DNA from: Thermoproteota archaeon
Lineage (GTDB): Archaea; Thermoproteota; Thermoprotei; Gearchaeales; Gearchaeaceae
Assembly (NCBI GenBank): GCA_032249235.1
Contig: JAVVGF010000001.1
Span: 152,399-216,398, forward strand
Reading direction: 5' to 3'
DNA length: 64,000 bases
Part shown: piece by piece, positions 17,282 to 26,183 of the stretch
Numbering within the stretch: position 1 is the first letter of the stretch
How the letters are laid out: each line of letters opens with the position of its first letter
Made by a program: the position numbers and the translations under genes
The notes under the pieces: model-generated
The model's input: the letters and a program-made list of their open reading frames with translations, nothing else
Database searches by the model: none
Told to the model about the DNA's origin: nothing

Positions 17282-19813
17282 ATGGTTAAGCCACTTAGTA
17301 TTGCTTTATCTAAAGAACTAGAAGAGTTATCAAACAAAATGAATAAGATGTTCGAAAATCCTGAAGGAAAGATTGTAGATATATTAGGAAAAGAAAGGAT
17401 TGAACGCTTTAGGAAAGTATATTTTGCTATGCTTGATTTGATGAAGAATGGTTCATTACCTATACATCCTGATTATATTTCTGGAAACGAATTAGCTCAA
17501 AAAATTTATGAGAAAAAATATTTCTTGAAGGATCTTGAAGGGAATTTAATAGAGAAGAGACCTGAACATTTGTTCTTAAGGGTCGCTTCTTTTGTAGCAA
17601 GTGCTGAAGATGATTTCGAAAAGGCTCTGAAATTCGCAAAGGTATTCTATTTATTAATGTATGAAGGATACTTCATGCCTGCAGGAAGAGTTTTGGCAGG
17701 TGCAGGAGACTTATATCGTACAAAAACATTAGCTAACTGCTTCGTTTCTATGATAGCAGATGATAGCATTGAAGCCATTTATCAAGCTGCTTATGAAGCT
17801 GCAAGGACTTATTCATATGGAGGCGGTATAGGAATAGATATATCATGTTTGAGGCCTAAAGGTTCGAGAATACATAACGCTGCAATTACTTCTACTGGTA
17901 GCGTGAGCTTTATGGAGTTATATTCGTTAACTACAGGTTTAATTGGGCAAGAGGGTAGAAGAGGAGCTTTGATGCTAACAATAGATGTCAAGCATCCAGA
18001 TGTATTTGATTTCATAATGTGCAAACAAGTACCTAATTGGGTTACTTCACAAATTGTCGAACAATTGAAAATGACTGGTATGTTTAATGAAAATCAACTA
18101 AAAGAAATAGAAAGACAAGTTAGAGAAAATACGCAAGTCAGATTCGCTAACATAAGCATAAAAGCAAGCAACGAATTCATGCGAGCAGTTGAAGAACAAA
18201 TGACTTATGGTCCTAATAAAATATTAGTATATAAGAAAAAGGCCAAAGGAGTTATAAAAAGAGTAGATAACATAAAAGATGTTCACTATTCATATGGAAT
18301 TCCTTCCAAAGACATAAACAATTATGTACTAATAAAAGTTTTTGATAAGATAGAAGAATTAAATGAATTTTTAGGTATTGAATATAATATTCAAATTAAT
18401 GAATCTGATCTAAAAGATCCTTATAAAAGAGATGTATTTGGTGATTATGTCATTGAATTAAATAATAAAGATTTTGATCTTGCAATTCGTTATGCAGGAG
18501 ATTTCCTACTTTATTTCTCTTCTGATAAAACAGGCGAGATAAGGAAATTAATTAAGGCTAGAGAAATTTGGAATTTGTTCATTGAATCGAATTACAAAAC
18601 AGCAGAACCTGGAATAATGTTCTGGGATAGGATGAAATATTATTCACCTTCAAATTATGTAGGTTTTCCAATAGTTACTACGAATCCTTGTGCCGAAGTA
18701 CCTCTAGAAGATGGAGGAGCATGTAATTTAGGCTCAATAAATCTCTCAAGATTCGTAGACGATCCTTTCACAAGCTTCGCTAAAATAAATTTGAAAAAAC
18801 TGAAAAGAGTTGTTAAATTCGCTGTTCGTTTCATGGATAATGTCATTGAATGGAATATATTATTGCATCCTTTACCTAAGCAAAGAGAAGCGAGCAAGAA
18901 TACAAGAAGAATTGGCTTAGGTGTCATGGGTGTAGCAGATATGTTTTATCAATTAGGCATTGATTATGATAGTCCTGAAGCATTAAGAATCCTTGATCGC
19001 GTAATGTTTACAATAGCAAACTCTGCATATCTTACATCTGCTCTTTTGGCAAAAGAAAAAGGTAAGCTCAACATAGACTATGAGAAATATTTAAACAACG
19101 CTTTCATTAAAGAAGCAATAAGCGAAAAAGTAAGAGAGAAGATAAAAGCTTATGGAATAAGAAACATAGCTTTATTATCTATAGCACCAACAGGTACAAT
19201 ATCTAATATCGTGAAGTCTTTCGAGTATGAAGGAAAGAATTACATTGGTGTAAGCGGCGGTATTGAACCCGTTTTTGACATGTATTATTTAAGGAGAACC
19301 GAATCTTTTAGCAGAAATGTATTGTTTAAAGTTTTCCATAGCACAATTCAAGCATATATCGATATTAAAAAATTGAATACAGCAGTGCAAGATGCAAAGG
19401 ATCTAGCGGAATTAAAGAAGTTATTGCCTTCTTTCTTCTTTAGAACAGCCCATGTAATTGATGTATATAAAAGAATAGAAGTTCAAGCTGTAGCTCAGCG
19501 TTATGTAGATCATAGCATATCTTCAACGATTAATTTACCTGAAGATATCCATCCTGAAGTATTGTCAAAAATTTACTTTTATGCATGGAAAGCTGGTTTG
19601 AAAAGCGTAACTATATACAGAGAGGGTAGCAGATTTCCTATATTAAGTAGATTGAAGGAAAAAAGCAAGTTTGATGAATATAAAGATAAATTATTTGAAA
19701 TAAAGATCGGAGATAAAACAATTATTGCAAAAGGAGATGAAATTATTGAATTACCTGATGGAACTTTATCTACACCTTATCATATATTATTAAGTAGGGG
19801 TATGATTTCATGA
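17282..19813 (+). CDS. nrdJ: adenosylcobalamin-dependent (class II) ribonucleotide reductase, catalytic core
   Basis: 843 aa. The active-site region TTNPCAEVPLEDGGACNLGSINLSRF (catalytic Cys/Glu) and the overall RNR 10-stranded-barrel motif order are present. There is no separate R2-subunit gene nearby, consistent with class II. Confidence 0.9.
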   Translation: MVKPLSIALSKELEELSNKMNKMFENPEGKIVDILGKERIERFRKVYFAMLDLMKNGSLPIHPDYISGNELAQKIYEKKYFLKDLEGNLIEKRPEHLFLRVASFVASAEDDFEKALKFAKVFYLLMYEGYFMPAGRVLAGAGDLYRTKTLANCFVSMIADDSIEAIYQAAYEAARTYSYGGGIGIDISCLRPKGSRIHNAAITSTGSVSFMELYSLTTGLIGQEGRRGALMLTIDVKHPDVFDFIMCKQVPNWVTSQIVEQLKMTGMFNENQLKEIERQVRENTQVRFANISIKASNEFMRAVEEQMTYGPNKILVYKKKAKGVIKRVDNIKDVHYSYGIPSKDINNYVLIKVFDKIEELNEFLGIEYNIQINESDLKDPYKRDVFGDYVIELNNKDFDLAIRYAGDFLLYFSSDKTGEIRKLIKAREIWNLFIESNYKTAEPGIMFWDRMKYYSPSNYVGFPIVTTNPCAEVPLEDGGACNLGSINLSRFVDDPFTSFAKINLKKLKRVVKFAVRFMDNVIEWNILLHPLPKQREASKNTRRIGLGVMGVADMFYQLGIDYDSPEALRILDRVMFTIANSAYLTSALLAKEKGKLNIDYEKYLNNAFIKEAISEKVREKIKAYGIRNIALLSIAPTGTISNIVKSFEYEGKNYIGVSGGIEPVFDMYYLRRTESFSRNVLFKVFHSTIQAYIDIKKLNTAVQDAKDLAELKKLLPSFFFRTAHVIDVYKRIEVQAVAQRYVDHSISSTINLPEDIHPEVLSKIYFYAWKAGLKSVTIYREGSRFPILSRLKEKSKFDEYKDKLFEIKIGDKTIIAKGDEIIELPDGTLSTPYHILLSRGMIS

Positions 19814-20502
19814 TAAAGCTGGAATCATTTGATTTTGAAATAAAAGAAGCTAAGAAAAAGCCAGAGCAGGAAATAGCTATACAAAAAGAAAAGGTATCTT
19901 TGACACCTTTAGAAAGACCTTATTGCATAGATGGAAAAATATATAAGTTGAAAAGTAGATTTGTTGCGCATTCGATTTTCATTACAATAGGATACATTAA
20001 AGAAGGGAACAAAGTTAGACCTTTCGAGATCTTCATCAATAGCAAAGATCTTTCAAGAGCTGCGGAATTTACGATGCTAACAAGACTACTGTCTGCAATA
20101 TTCAGAAGATTTGAAGATCCTGTATTCATTCTTGAAGAATTGAGAAGTGTTTATGATCCTAATAGGATTGGATATTGGATAACTTTGGATGAAAAAGGAG
20201 AGAAAAGAAGATATATACATTCATTATATGGAGAAATAGCTGAAGTAATTGAGCAATTCTTCAGAGAAATGGGCATAATTAAAGATTCTGAAAATACCCA
20301 AATTGTTCCGTTAAACCAAGAAATTCAAATCAAACCAAAAATTCAAGAACCGTTTGCAAGTGAAAAACAAGTAACTGATATAGGTGTTGAAGAGTTGAAT
20401 CTTTTCCAAATATGTCCAGTATGCAATTTAAGGACTTTGAAAATTGAAGGCGGTTGTTACACATGCATAAATCCTGAGTGTGGCTATACGCGTTGTGGAT
20501 GA
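19810..20502 (+). CDS. class II RNR C-terminal tail protein with CxxC...CxxC zinc-ribbon (split nrdJ, NrdJb-like)
   Basis: 230 aa. The start overlaps the nrdJ stop in an ATGA arrangement. The sequence ends with ICPVCNLRTLKIEGGCYTCINPECGYTRCG, the kind of Cys-rich C-terminal tail that in class II RNRs shuttles reducing equivalents. Confidence 0.55.
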   Translation: MIKLESFDFEIKEAKKKPEQEIAIQKEKVSLTPLERPYCIDGKIYKLKSRFVAHSIFITIGYIKEGNKVRPFEIFINSKDLSRAAEFTMLTRLLSAIFRRFEDPVFILEELRSVYDPNRIGYWITLDEKGEKRRYIHSLYGEIAEVIEQFFREMGIIKDSENTQIVPLNQEIQIKPKIQEPFASEKQVTDIGVEELNLFQICPVCNLRTLKIEGGCYTCINPECGYTRCG

Positions 20503-20535
20503 TCTAAATATTTTCAAATTTTAATATTAATATGA

Positions 20536-21675
20536 ATGCCTGTAAATTTACCGAAGGAAGCAAGGGTAAAGTATCAAAAGGTACTTGAAGCCAGGACTAA
20601 AGAAGAAAAACTTCGTGCTCTTCAAGAATATTTATCATCAATTCCAAAGCATAAAGGAACAGAAAATCTAATAGCACAAGTAAGGCATCAAATAGCTACT
20701 CTTAGAAAAGAAATAGAAAAAGAAAAGGAGTTAAAAAGAAGAATAACAACAGGACCAGCCTTTAATGTAAAAAAAGAAGGAGATCTTCAATATATTTTAG
20801 TAGGGTTTACTAAATCAGGCAAAAGTATTTTATTGAACAAACTTACAGGAGCAAAATCGGAATATGGTGAAAGACCATTCATAACTACCATGCCTATAGC
20901 TGGCACTTTAAACTATAAAGGTGTTCTAATACAGCTTGTTGATACTCCTTCTTTAATGGAAGGAAATGAAGACTGGAATAACATAGTCTTTTCTTTAGCA
21001 AGATCTGCAGATGGTCTTATTCTTGTATTAGATGGATCAAAAAATGTTAATGAGCAATATTCAAAGCTTAAGGAAATGCTTAGAGAAAACGGAATTATTA
21101 TAGGAACCAGGAAGTTCCACATAAAGGTTTACAAATCTCCTTTAAAGAAACTCAAAGTTATATTGAATGGAGAAATAATAGGTGCAACTGAAAATGATAT
21201 TTACAAGATATTAAACGATTATAAATTCAGAGATATAGTTGTTGAATTTTATGGGAAAGCTACATTAGAGGAATTCGAAACTGCTTTAATTAGCAATGTA
21301 ATTACTAAGCCTGCTATAATTTTGATAAATAATGCCAATGTAAAAGAAGGAAGTTATGATTTTGATGGATTAGAATACGTTAATATTTACTCTTCGGACT
21401 CCATTGATAAGGAAGAAGTAGGTAGAAAAATCTTCGAAAGCTCAGGTATGATAAGAGTTTATACAAAAGAACCAAATGAAGATCATCCTTCAAACAAACC
21501 TTTAGTTGTTAAGAAAGGAACCACTGCAATAGAAGTTGCTGAAATAATTCATAAAGATCTTGCTAGACTTTTCAAATATGCAAGAGTTTGGGGTAAAAGT
21601 GTAAACTATCCTGGAGAGAAAGTAGGACCGAAACATGTTCTAGAAGATGGAGACATAATAGAAATTAGAGCGTGA
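20536..21675 (+). CDS. DRG/Obg-family GTP-binding protein with C-terminal TGS domain
   Basis: 379 aa. It has a P-loop GFTKSGKS and a C-terminal TGS-like segment (KPLVVKKGTTAIEVAEIIHKDLARLFKYARVWGKS...LEDGDIIEI). The G3/G4 motifs look atypical (DTPS rather than DxxG). Confidence 0.7.
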   Translation: MPVNLPKEARVKYQKVLEARTKEEKLRALQEYLSSIPKHKGTENLIAQVRHQIATLRKEIEKEKELKRRITTGPAFNVKKEGDLQYILVGFTKSGKSILLNKLTGAKSEYGERPFITTMPIAGTLNYKGVLIQLVDTPSLMEGNEDWNNIVFSLARSADGLILVLDGSKNVNEQYSKLKEMLRENGIIIGTRKFHIKVYKSPLKKLKVILNGEIIGATENDIYKILNDYKFRDIVVEFYGKATLEEFETALISNVITKPAIILINNANVKEGSYDFDGLEYVNIYSSDSIDKEEVGRKIFESSGMIRVYTKEPNEDHPSNKPLVVKKGTTAIEVAEIIHKDLARLFKYARVWGKSVNYPGEKVGPKHVLEDGDIIEIRA

Positions 21676-22511
21676 GAAAATTCATATCTCCATCTTCAAT
21701 TTTAGTATTGCCTAGGTTAGAATTCGATGATGAAGGTAATATAAGAGGACTAGCTACAGTCTCTTATAATGTTGATTGCAAAGTCATTGCAGAATCAGAA
21801 CTTAGCGATAAGTTTGAAATAATAGGAGGTGAAGAGTTCAAGTTAATTATTGAACGTGTAATAAGAAAATTAAATTTGAAGAATGCATCAATAAGAATTT
21901 CATTCGAAAAAAGATTTTCTTCTTTAAATCAAGAACTCTCAGCTTTACTTTCTTCTTTTGCAAGTTATCTAAGCTTATTTGATTTTGATTTAAATGATAA
22001 TATTAAAAATTTAGAAGAAGAAGTGTTAAATGAAAAAATTTGTTTTTTATCTCCATTGACGCTATTATATAAAGGTTGTGTATTTTTCAAAAAGGATAAT
22101 TTTTCTAGTATGTGTTATGAATTGAATTTCGATTTGCTAAATTATTCTATAATATTGATTGAGCTTGGAAGCCTAGATTTCAACTATTTCTTGAAAGACA
22201 AAAATTATCGAAAAGTTTTAGCGATTCATTCTTCATCCTCTTTCGATCTTTTCTCTTATTCGATGGATTTACCTTCACTTTATGAGGCAAATAATAGGTT
22301 AGCTTTTCAAGCTGGAATAATTGAACCTGAAATTGAAGAAATGATGAATGAAGCGAGGAAGTTGAATTGCGATTTTGTAGGTTATAATTATTTCTCTAGA
22401 GCTTTTCATTGTCTTGTTAAAAAAGAATTAAGAAATACAGTTTATGAGAATTTAATAGGAATCCTATCTAAGAATGATAAAATAACTATCTTAGAATTTT
22501 TTAATTCCTAA
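21672..22511 (+). CDS. hypothetical protein
   Basis: 279 aa ORF. The GTG start overlaps the stop of the GTPase gene. No recognisable motifs. Confidence 0.45.
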   Translation: MRKFISPSSILVLPRLEFDDEGNIRGLATVSYNVDCKVIAESELSDKFEIIGGEEFKLIIERVIRKLNLKNASIRISFEKRFSSLNQELSALLSSFASYLSLFDFDLNDNIKNLEEEVLNEKICFLSPLTLLYKGCVFFKKDNFSSMCYELNFDLLNYSIILIELGSLDFNYFLKDKNYRKVLAIHSSSSFDLFSYSMDLPSLYEANNRLAFQAGIIEPEIEEMMNEARKLNCDFVGYNYFSRAFHCLVKKELRNTVYENLIGILSKNDKITILEFFNS

Positions 22512-22548
22512 AATAAAATTTATATATAGGAAACAAGAGAGATAATCT

Positions 22549-23016
22549 ATGCCTGAAGTAGGAGATAAATTTATAGACTTCGAACTACCTGACCAAAATC
22601 TAAACAAAGTAAGACTTTCAGATTATGTAGGGAAGAAGAACATAGTTCTAGCGTTCTATTTCCTAGATTTCACTTCTGTATGCACAAACGAGATGTGCAC
22701 CTTTGATAGGTTTTTGAGCGAATTGGAAAAGTTGGATGCAACTGTTTTGGGTATAAGCGTCGATAGTCCATTTTCTCATAAAGCATTCGCAGAAAAATAC
22801 AACATAAAATATCCATTATTAAGTGATTTCAATAGAGAAGTGATTGAAAAGTATGGTGTAGTTCATGATGAAATGTTTGGTTTCAAAAGAGTAGGCAAAA
22901 GAGCTGTATTCATTATTGACAAGCAAGGAATAATAAGATACAAATGGGTTACAGATAATCCTAGGAATGAACCTAATTACGAGGAAATAAAACAAGTCCT
23001 TGCAAAGCTCAAGTGA
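22549..23016 (+). CDS. peroxiredoxin (Bcp-type thiol peroxidase)
   Basis: 155 aa. The peroxidatic/resolving Cys pair sits in FTSVCTNEMCTF (C-x4-C, Bcp-like), on a thioredoxin-fold AhpC/TSA layout. Confidence 0.8.
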   Translation: MPEVGDKFIDFELPDQNLNKVRLSDYVGKKNIVLAFYFLDFTSVCTNEMCTFDRFLSELEKLDATVLGISVDSPFSHKAFAEKYNIKYPLLSDFNREVIEKYGVVHDEMFGFKRVGKRAVFIIDKQGIIRYKWVTDNPRNEPNYEEIKQVLAKLK

Positions 23017-23308
23017 ATTTCTGGAAGATTTTATAAATAAAAACAATTTAAAAGAGGATATAATTTTTTTAATTTCAAAATTCAAAGAATATTTAGAATT
23101 TTATAAAATAAATTATGATATAAGTTTAGATATATTTAGAGATTATTTTAATAAAAATTGGTCAATTTTAAGGCTAAATATTAAATTAAAGGATGTTCAA
23201 GATTATGTTGAGTTCTATCTATTCAATCATTTAAGAGAAGTCTCAAAAACTATACTTAGCGAAGATAAAAGGAAGAAAGTTATAATTTATATGAGCAAAG
23301 ATGGATGA
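23000..23308 (+). CDS. hypothetical small protein
   Basis: 102 aa ORF co-directional with and overlapping its neighbours. Very AT-rich and Lys/Asn-rich, so it could be spurious. Confidence 0.3.
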   Translation: MQSSSEFLEDFINKNNLKEDIIFLISKFKEYLEFYKINYDISLDIFRDYFNKNWSILRLNIKLKDVQDYVEFYLFNHLREVSKTILSEDKRKKVIIYMSKDG

Positions 23309-23711
23309 TCACAAGCCTTCTGATTTCCTGCTAATTGCAGAGGATATTTACTTATCTCTTAAAGAAGGAGGAAAAGCAGTAGCGACAACTCCTCATGAAG
23401 CGGCATGGCTTAGATTAGCCATATCTTTGAGTTTCTTTTCTGTATTCAATGCAATGCTGAATGTCTTAAAAAATTATGAAGATCTTAATAAGGAATATCA
23501 GGAAAAATTGGAGAAAAATGAAATTAATTTATTCAGGTTTGTCATTGAGAAAGCCCTTGAAAAATTCAAACTGGATGAAATTATCACGCTATATGAGCTT
23601 TGGATCAAAGCATTTTTCATATTACCGCCTAATTACGAGGTTAATTTTGATGATGTAGAAAAAGCTGTGAAGATTGCAGGCAATGCTCTTCGAGTTCTAG
23701 GTCTTATTTGA
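23301..23711 (+). CDS. hypothetical protein
   Basis: 136 aa ORF in the same orientation as the peroxiredoxin, predicted helical. No motif recognised. Confidence 0.4.
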   Translation: MDDHKPSDFLLIAEDIYLSLKEGGKAVATTPHEAAWLRLAISLSFFSVFNAMLNVLKNYEDLNKEYQEKLEKNEINLFRFVIEKALEKFKLDEIITLYELWIKAFFILPPNYEVNFDDVEKAVKIAGNALRVLGLI

Positions 23712-24033
23712 TGTTTTCTTCGATGAATTTAACTAATTTATTCTTTGGAGCAGCACCAATTAATCTATTTATTTCTTTGCCGTTTTTGAAAATTATCAAA
23801 GTAGGTATAGCCATAATACCATATTTCTCCGCTATATCTGGATTTTCATCAACGTTTAATCTACCAAATCTCACCCTTCCTTCATATTCTCTTGCTAATT
23901 CTTCATAAATAGGTTCTAAAATTTTACATGGAACGCACCATTCAGCCCAGAAATCTACTATGTATGGTTTATCGCTATTCAAAACTTCATCCCAATTCTC
24001 CTTTGTAAGCGTTATTAAATTCTTGTTAGTCAT
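23704..24033 (-). CDS. trx: thioredoxin
   Basis: 109 aa. The active site FWAEWCVPCK is a WCxPC redox motif in thioredoxin-fold context. Confidence 0.85.
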   Translation of the reverse strand: MTNKNLITLTKENWDEVLNSDKPYIVDFWAEWCVPCKILEPIYEELAREYEGRVRFGRLNVDENPDIAEKYGIMAIPTLIIFKNGKEINRLIGAAPKNKLVKFIEENIK

Positions 24034-24066
24034 AGAACTTATAGTTCTATAACTTATATTTAAATT

Positions 24067-24453
24067 ATGAAACTTAGGAGGTCTTTGCCTGCTGCGATTG
24101 GTATGATAGGAGGTTTCGCGAACATTATCTGGACAGGATTGATCGTTTTGGTCATGATAATTTATCTTGACTTCACAGGAGGAAGATCAGATTTAGGAGC
24201 GCTTTCAGCAATCATTTTCGCAATTTTATCAGCTCTTGTTTTAAGAAGTTCTGCAAATTACGACAGAAATAAAAGCAATTCGAAAAAAACGCTGATTTAC
24301 ACTCTTCTCTTCATTTTAAATTCAATAATATTTGGTTTCTTAACGGCTAGAGATATTTTTGAATTAATGTTATTTAGTTTGATATTATTCGGTCCAGGTA
24401 CTTTTCTTCTAATTCCTGCTTCTTATCTTCAATTAAAAGGATTAAAGGAGTAA
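24067..24453 (+). CDS. small integral membrane protein (3–4 TM helices)
   Basis: 128 aa with strongly hydrophobic segments (IGMIGGFANIIWTGLIVLVMIIYL, ALSAIIFAILSALVL, LIYTLLFILNSIIFGFL, LMLFSLILFGPGTFLLIP). Confidence 0.5.
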   Translation: MKLRRSLPAAIGMIGGFANIIWTGLIVLVMIIYLDFTGGRSDLGALSAIIFAILSALVLRSSANYDRNKSNSKKTLIYTLLFILNSIIFGFLTARDIFELMLFSLILFGPGTFLLIPASYLQLKGLKE

Positions 24454-24699
24454 ATCCTCGAAGATTTTCTCAGCTTCTTCTCTACTATTCACTTCTTTTA
24501 CAGTAATTCTACCGTTTTTGTATATGCTTATTAATTTTTCTTTATAGTATCCTCTTACGATCAATCTTGTGTTCAATACAATTTTCTCCAGCTTCTTTTT
24601 AGCAATTTCAATACTTTCATCAGCAAGTTTAGGATTTAGAATAGCAACGTATCCTTTTTCATCGCCACACATTTCTGTTATCGCTCTTATCCTTCTCAA
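24442..24699 (-). CDS. hypothetical small protein
   Basis: 85 aa ORF with mixed alpha/beta character. No family recognised. Confidence 0.4.
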   Translation of the reverse strand: MRRIRAITEMCGDEKGYVAILNPKLADESIEIAKKKLEKIVLNTRLIVRGYYKEKLISIYKNGRITVKEVNSREEAEKIFEDLLL

Positions 24700-24762
24700 T
24701 TCAAAAATGAATTGAATGAACTTCGTTAAATCTTTTTACAAACCTTTTGTAAAAATTTTCTA

Positions 24763-25371
24763 GTGAACAAGTCTATAATTCAGTTATGGATTGAAAGAAA
24801 GGAATATTTTATAAAAAGACTCATGAAAGAGGATTCTGAAGGTAGGACAGATAAAGATATAATGGATTTGTTGAATTTGATAAATTCTTCGCAAAACTTT
24901 TATACCTTAAGCTCTTGTAGTGGTAGAATACAGATCATAGAAGGCAGAAATTACTCGAAAAGGAAAGAGCTTAGAAGCATTGCTAAATTTCATTATGGAA
25001 TAACTAAAGAAGATTTGATGAACTCATTTCAAAATATTAAAGGCGATTATGCTTGGATTTCATTACAACCTCCTATCATCCATATTGCCGCTAAATCTTT
25101 TGATGACGCTATTAAGTTATTGAAAATTGCAAGGACTTCAGGTTTTAAACATAGCGGAATACAAGCGAAGAATCCTGATAGATATGTAATAGAGCTTAAC
25201 TCAAGCTTTAGACTTGATATTCCTTTAAGATATAAAGGCGTGAATTTAATAAAACAAGAAGAATTAGACTTGCTAGTAGAATTATTGAATGAAAATCTTA
25301 AGCTTGCAAAAGAATGCATCATTAAATTTAAGGAAAATTTCTCTAAAATTTTAAATGGAAATAAGAATTAG
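24763..25371 (+). CDS. taw3: tRNA wybutosine/wyosine-synthesizing protein 3 (TYW3/Taw3 methyltransferase)
   Basis: 202 aa with a GTG start. It contains the hallmark SSCSGR-type motif (LSSCSGRIQI) and the typical Taw3 length. Confidence 0.75.
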   Translation: MNKSIIQLWIERKEYFIKRLMKEDSEGRTDKDIMDLLNLINSSQNFYTLSSCSGRIQIIEGRNYSKRKELRSIAKFHYGITKEDLMNSFQNIKGDYAWISLQPPIIHIAAKSFDDAIKLLKIARTSGFKHSGIQAKNPDRYVIELNSSFRLDIPLRYKGVNLIKQEELDLLVELLNENLKLAKECIIKFKENFSKILNGNKN

Positions 25372-26182
25372 AGAAGCAAAATTAGAAGATAAAGAGAAAA
25401 TCATTGAATTTTTGAAAGAAACAAATCCAAATGATTACATCTTCAATGTATTAGATTTTTGGTTAAAAGATGAAAATGGAAAGGTACTTATAGCCGAGCA
25501 TGAAGGAAAAATTGTTGCAATGAATCATTTTTATCAACAAAGCAAAGAAAATGGTTGGCTTGAGGGTGCGCGTGTTCATAAAGATTATCGAGGTAAAGGA
25601 ATAGCTACGATGCTTGCATTGCGTTCATTAGAGCTACTAAAAGAAAGGGGAGTTAAAAAAGCTAGATTGGTTACTGCTGCAACTAACATTGCAGCCCAAA
25701 GACATTTGATGCGAACTCCTTTCAAGCTTCATTCGAAGTGGTTAAGTGTAAATTTCCAAAATCCCAAGTTTGTTAGCATTAAACCTTATGATAATTTCTC
25801 AGAAGTCTATGACTTTCTAAACAGATCTAAGATTTTCAATGAATTTGGAAGAATATGTCATGATTATTTTTCATGGTTAGACTTCGATGAAGAATGGTTA
25901 AGAAATAGAATATTAAATAAAGAAGTATACTTCGATGGAGAGAATCTCGTAATAATAACTCAGTCAAGTAGGAGAGGTGGTAAATATTCGGTGAGTTATC
26001 TTGAATGTAATGCCAACAATTTAATACATATGCTAAATATTGCGTTTTCTTTAGTTAGTTTGAAAGATAAAGATTCAGGCATTTTATTTGTAATACCTTC
26101 TTTAAGTGAATACAAGCAGATTTTAGATAAAGAAAAAATTGAATATTATGAGCAGCTAGTTTATGAAGCTTTGATTTTATAG
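25355..26182 (+). CDS. GNAT-family N-acetyltransferase with C-terminal extension
   Basis: 275 aa. The N-terminal ~150 aa carry acetyl-CoA-binding motif A (HKDYRGKGIATML). Confidence 0.65.
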   Translation: MEIRIREAKLEDKEKIIEFLKETNPNDYIFNVLDFWLKDENGKVLIAEHEGKIVAMNHFYQQSKENGWLEGARVHKDYRGKGIATMLALRSLELLKERGVKKARLVTAATNIAAQRHLMRTPFKLHSKWLSVNFQNPKFVSIKPYDNFSEVYDFLNRSKIFNEFGRICHDYFSWLDFDEEWLRNRILNKEVYFDGENLVIITQSSRRGGKYSVSYLECNANNLIHMLNIAFSLVSLKDKDSGILFVIPSLSEYKQILDKEKIEYYEQLVYEALIL

Positions 26183-26183
26183 T

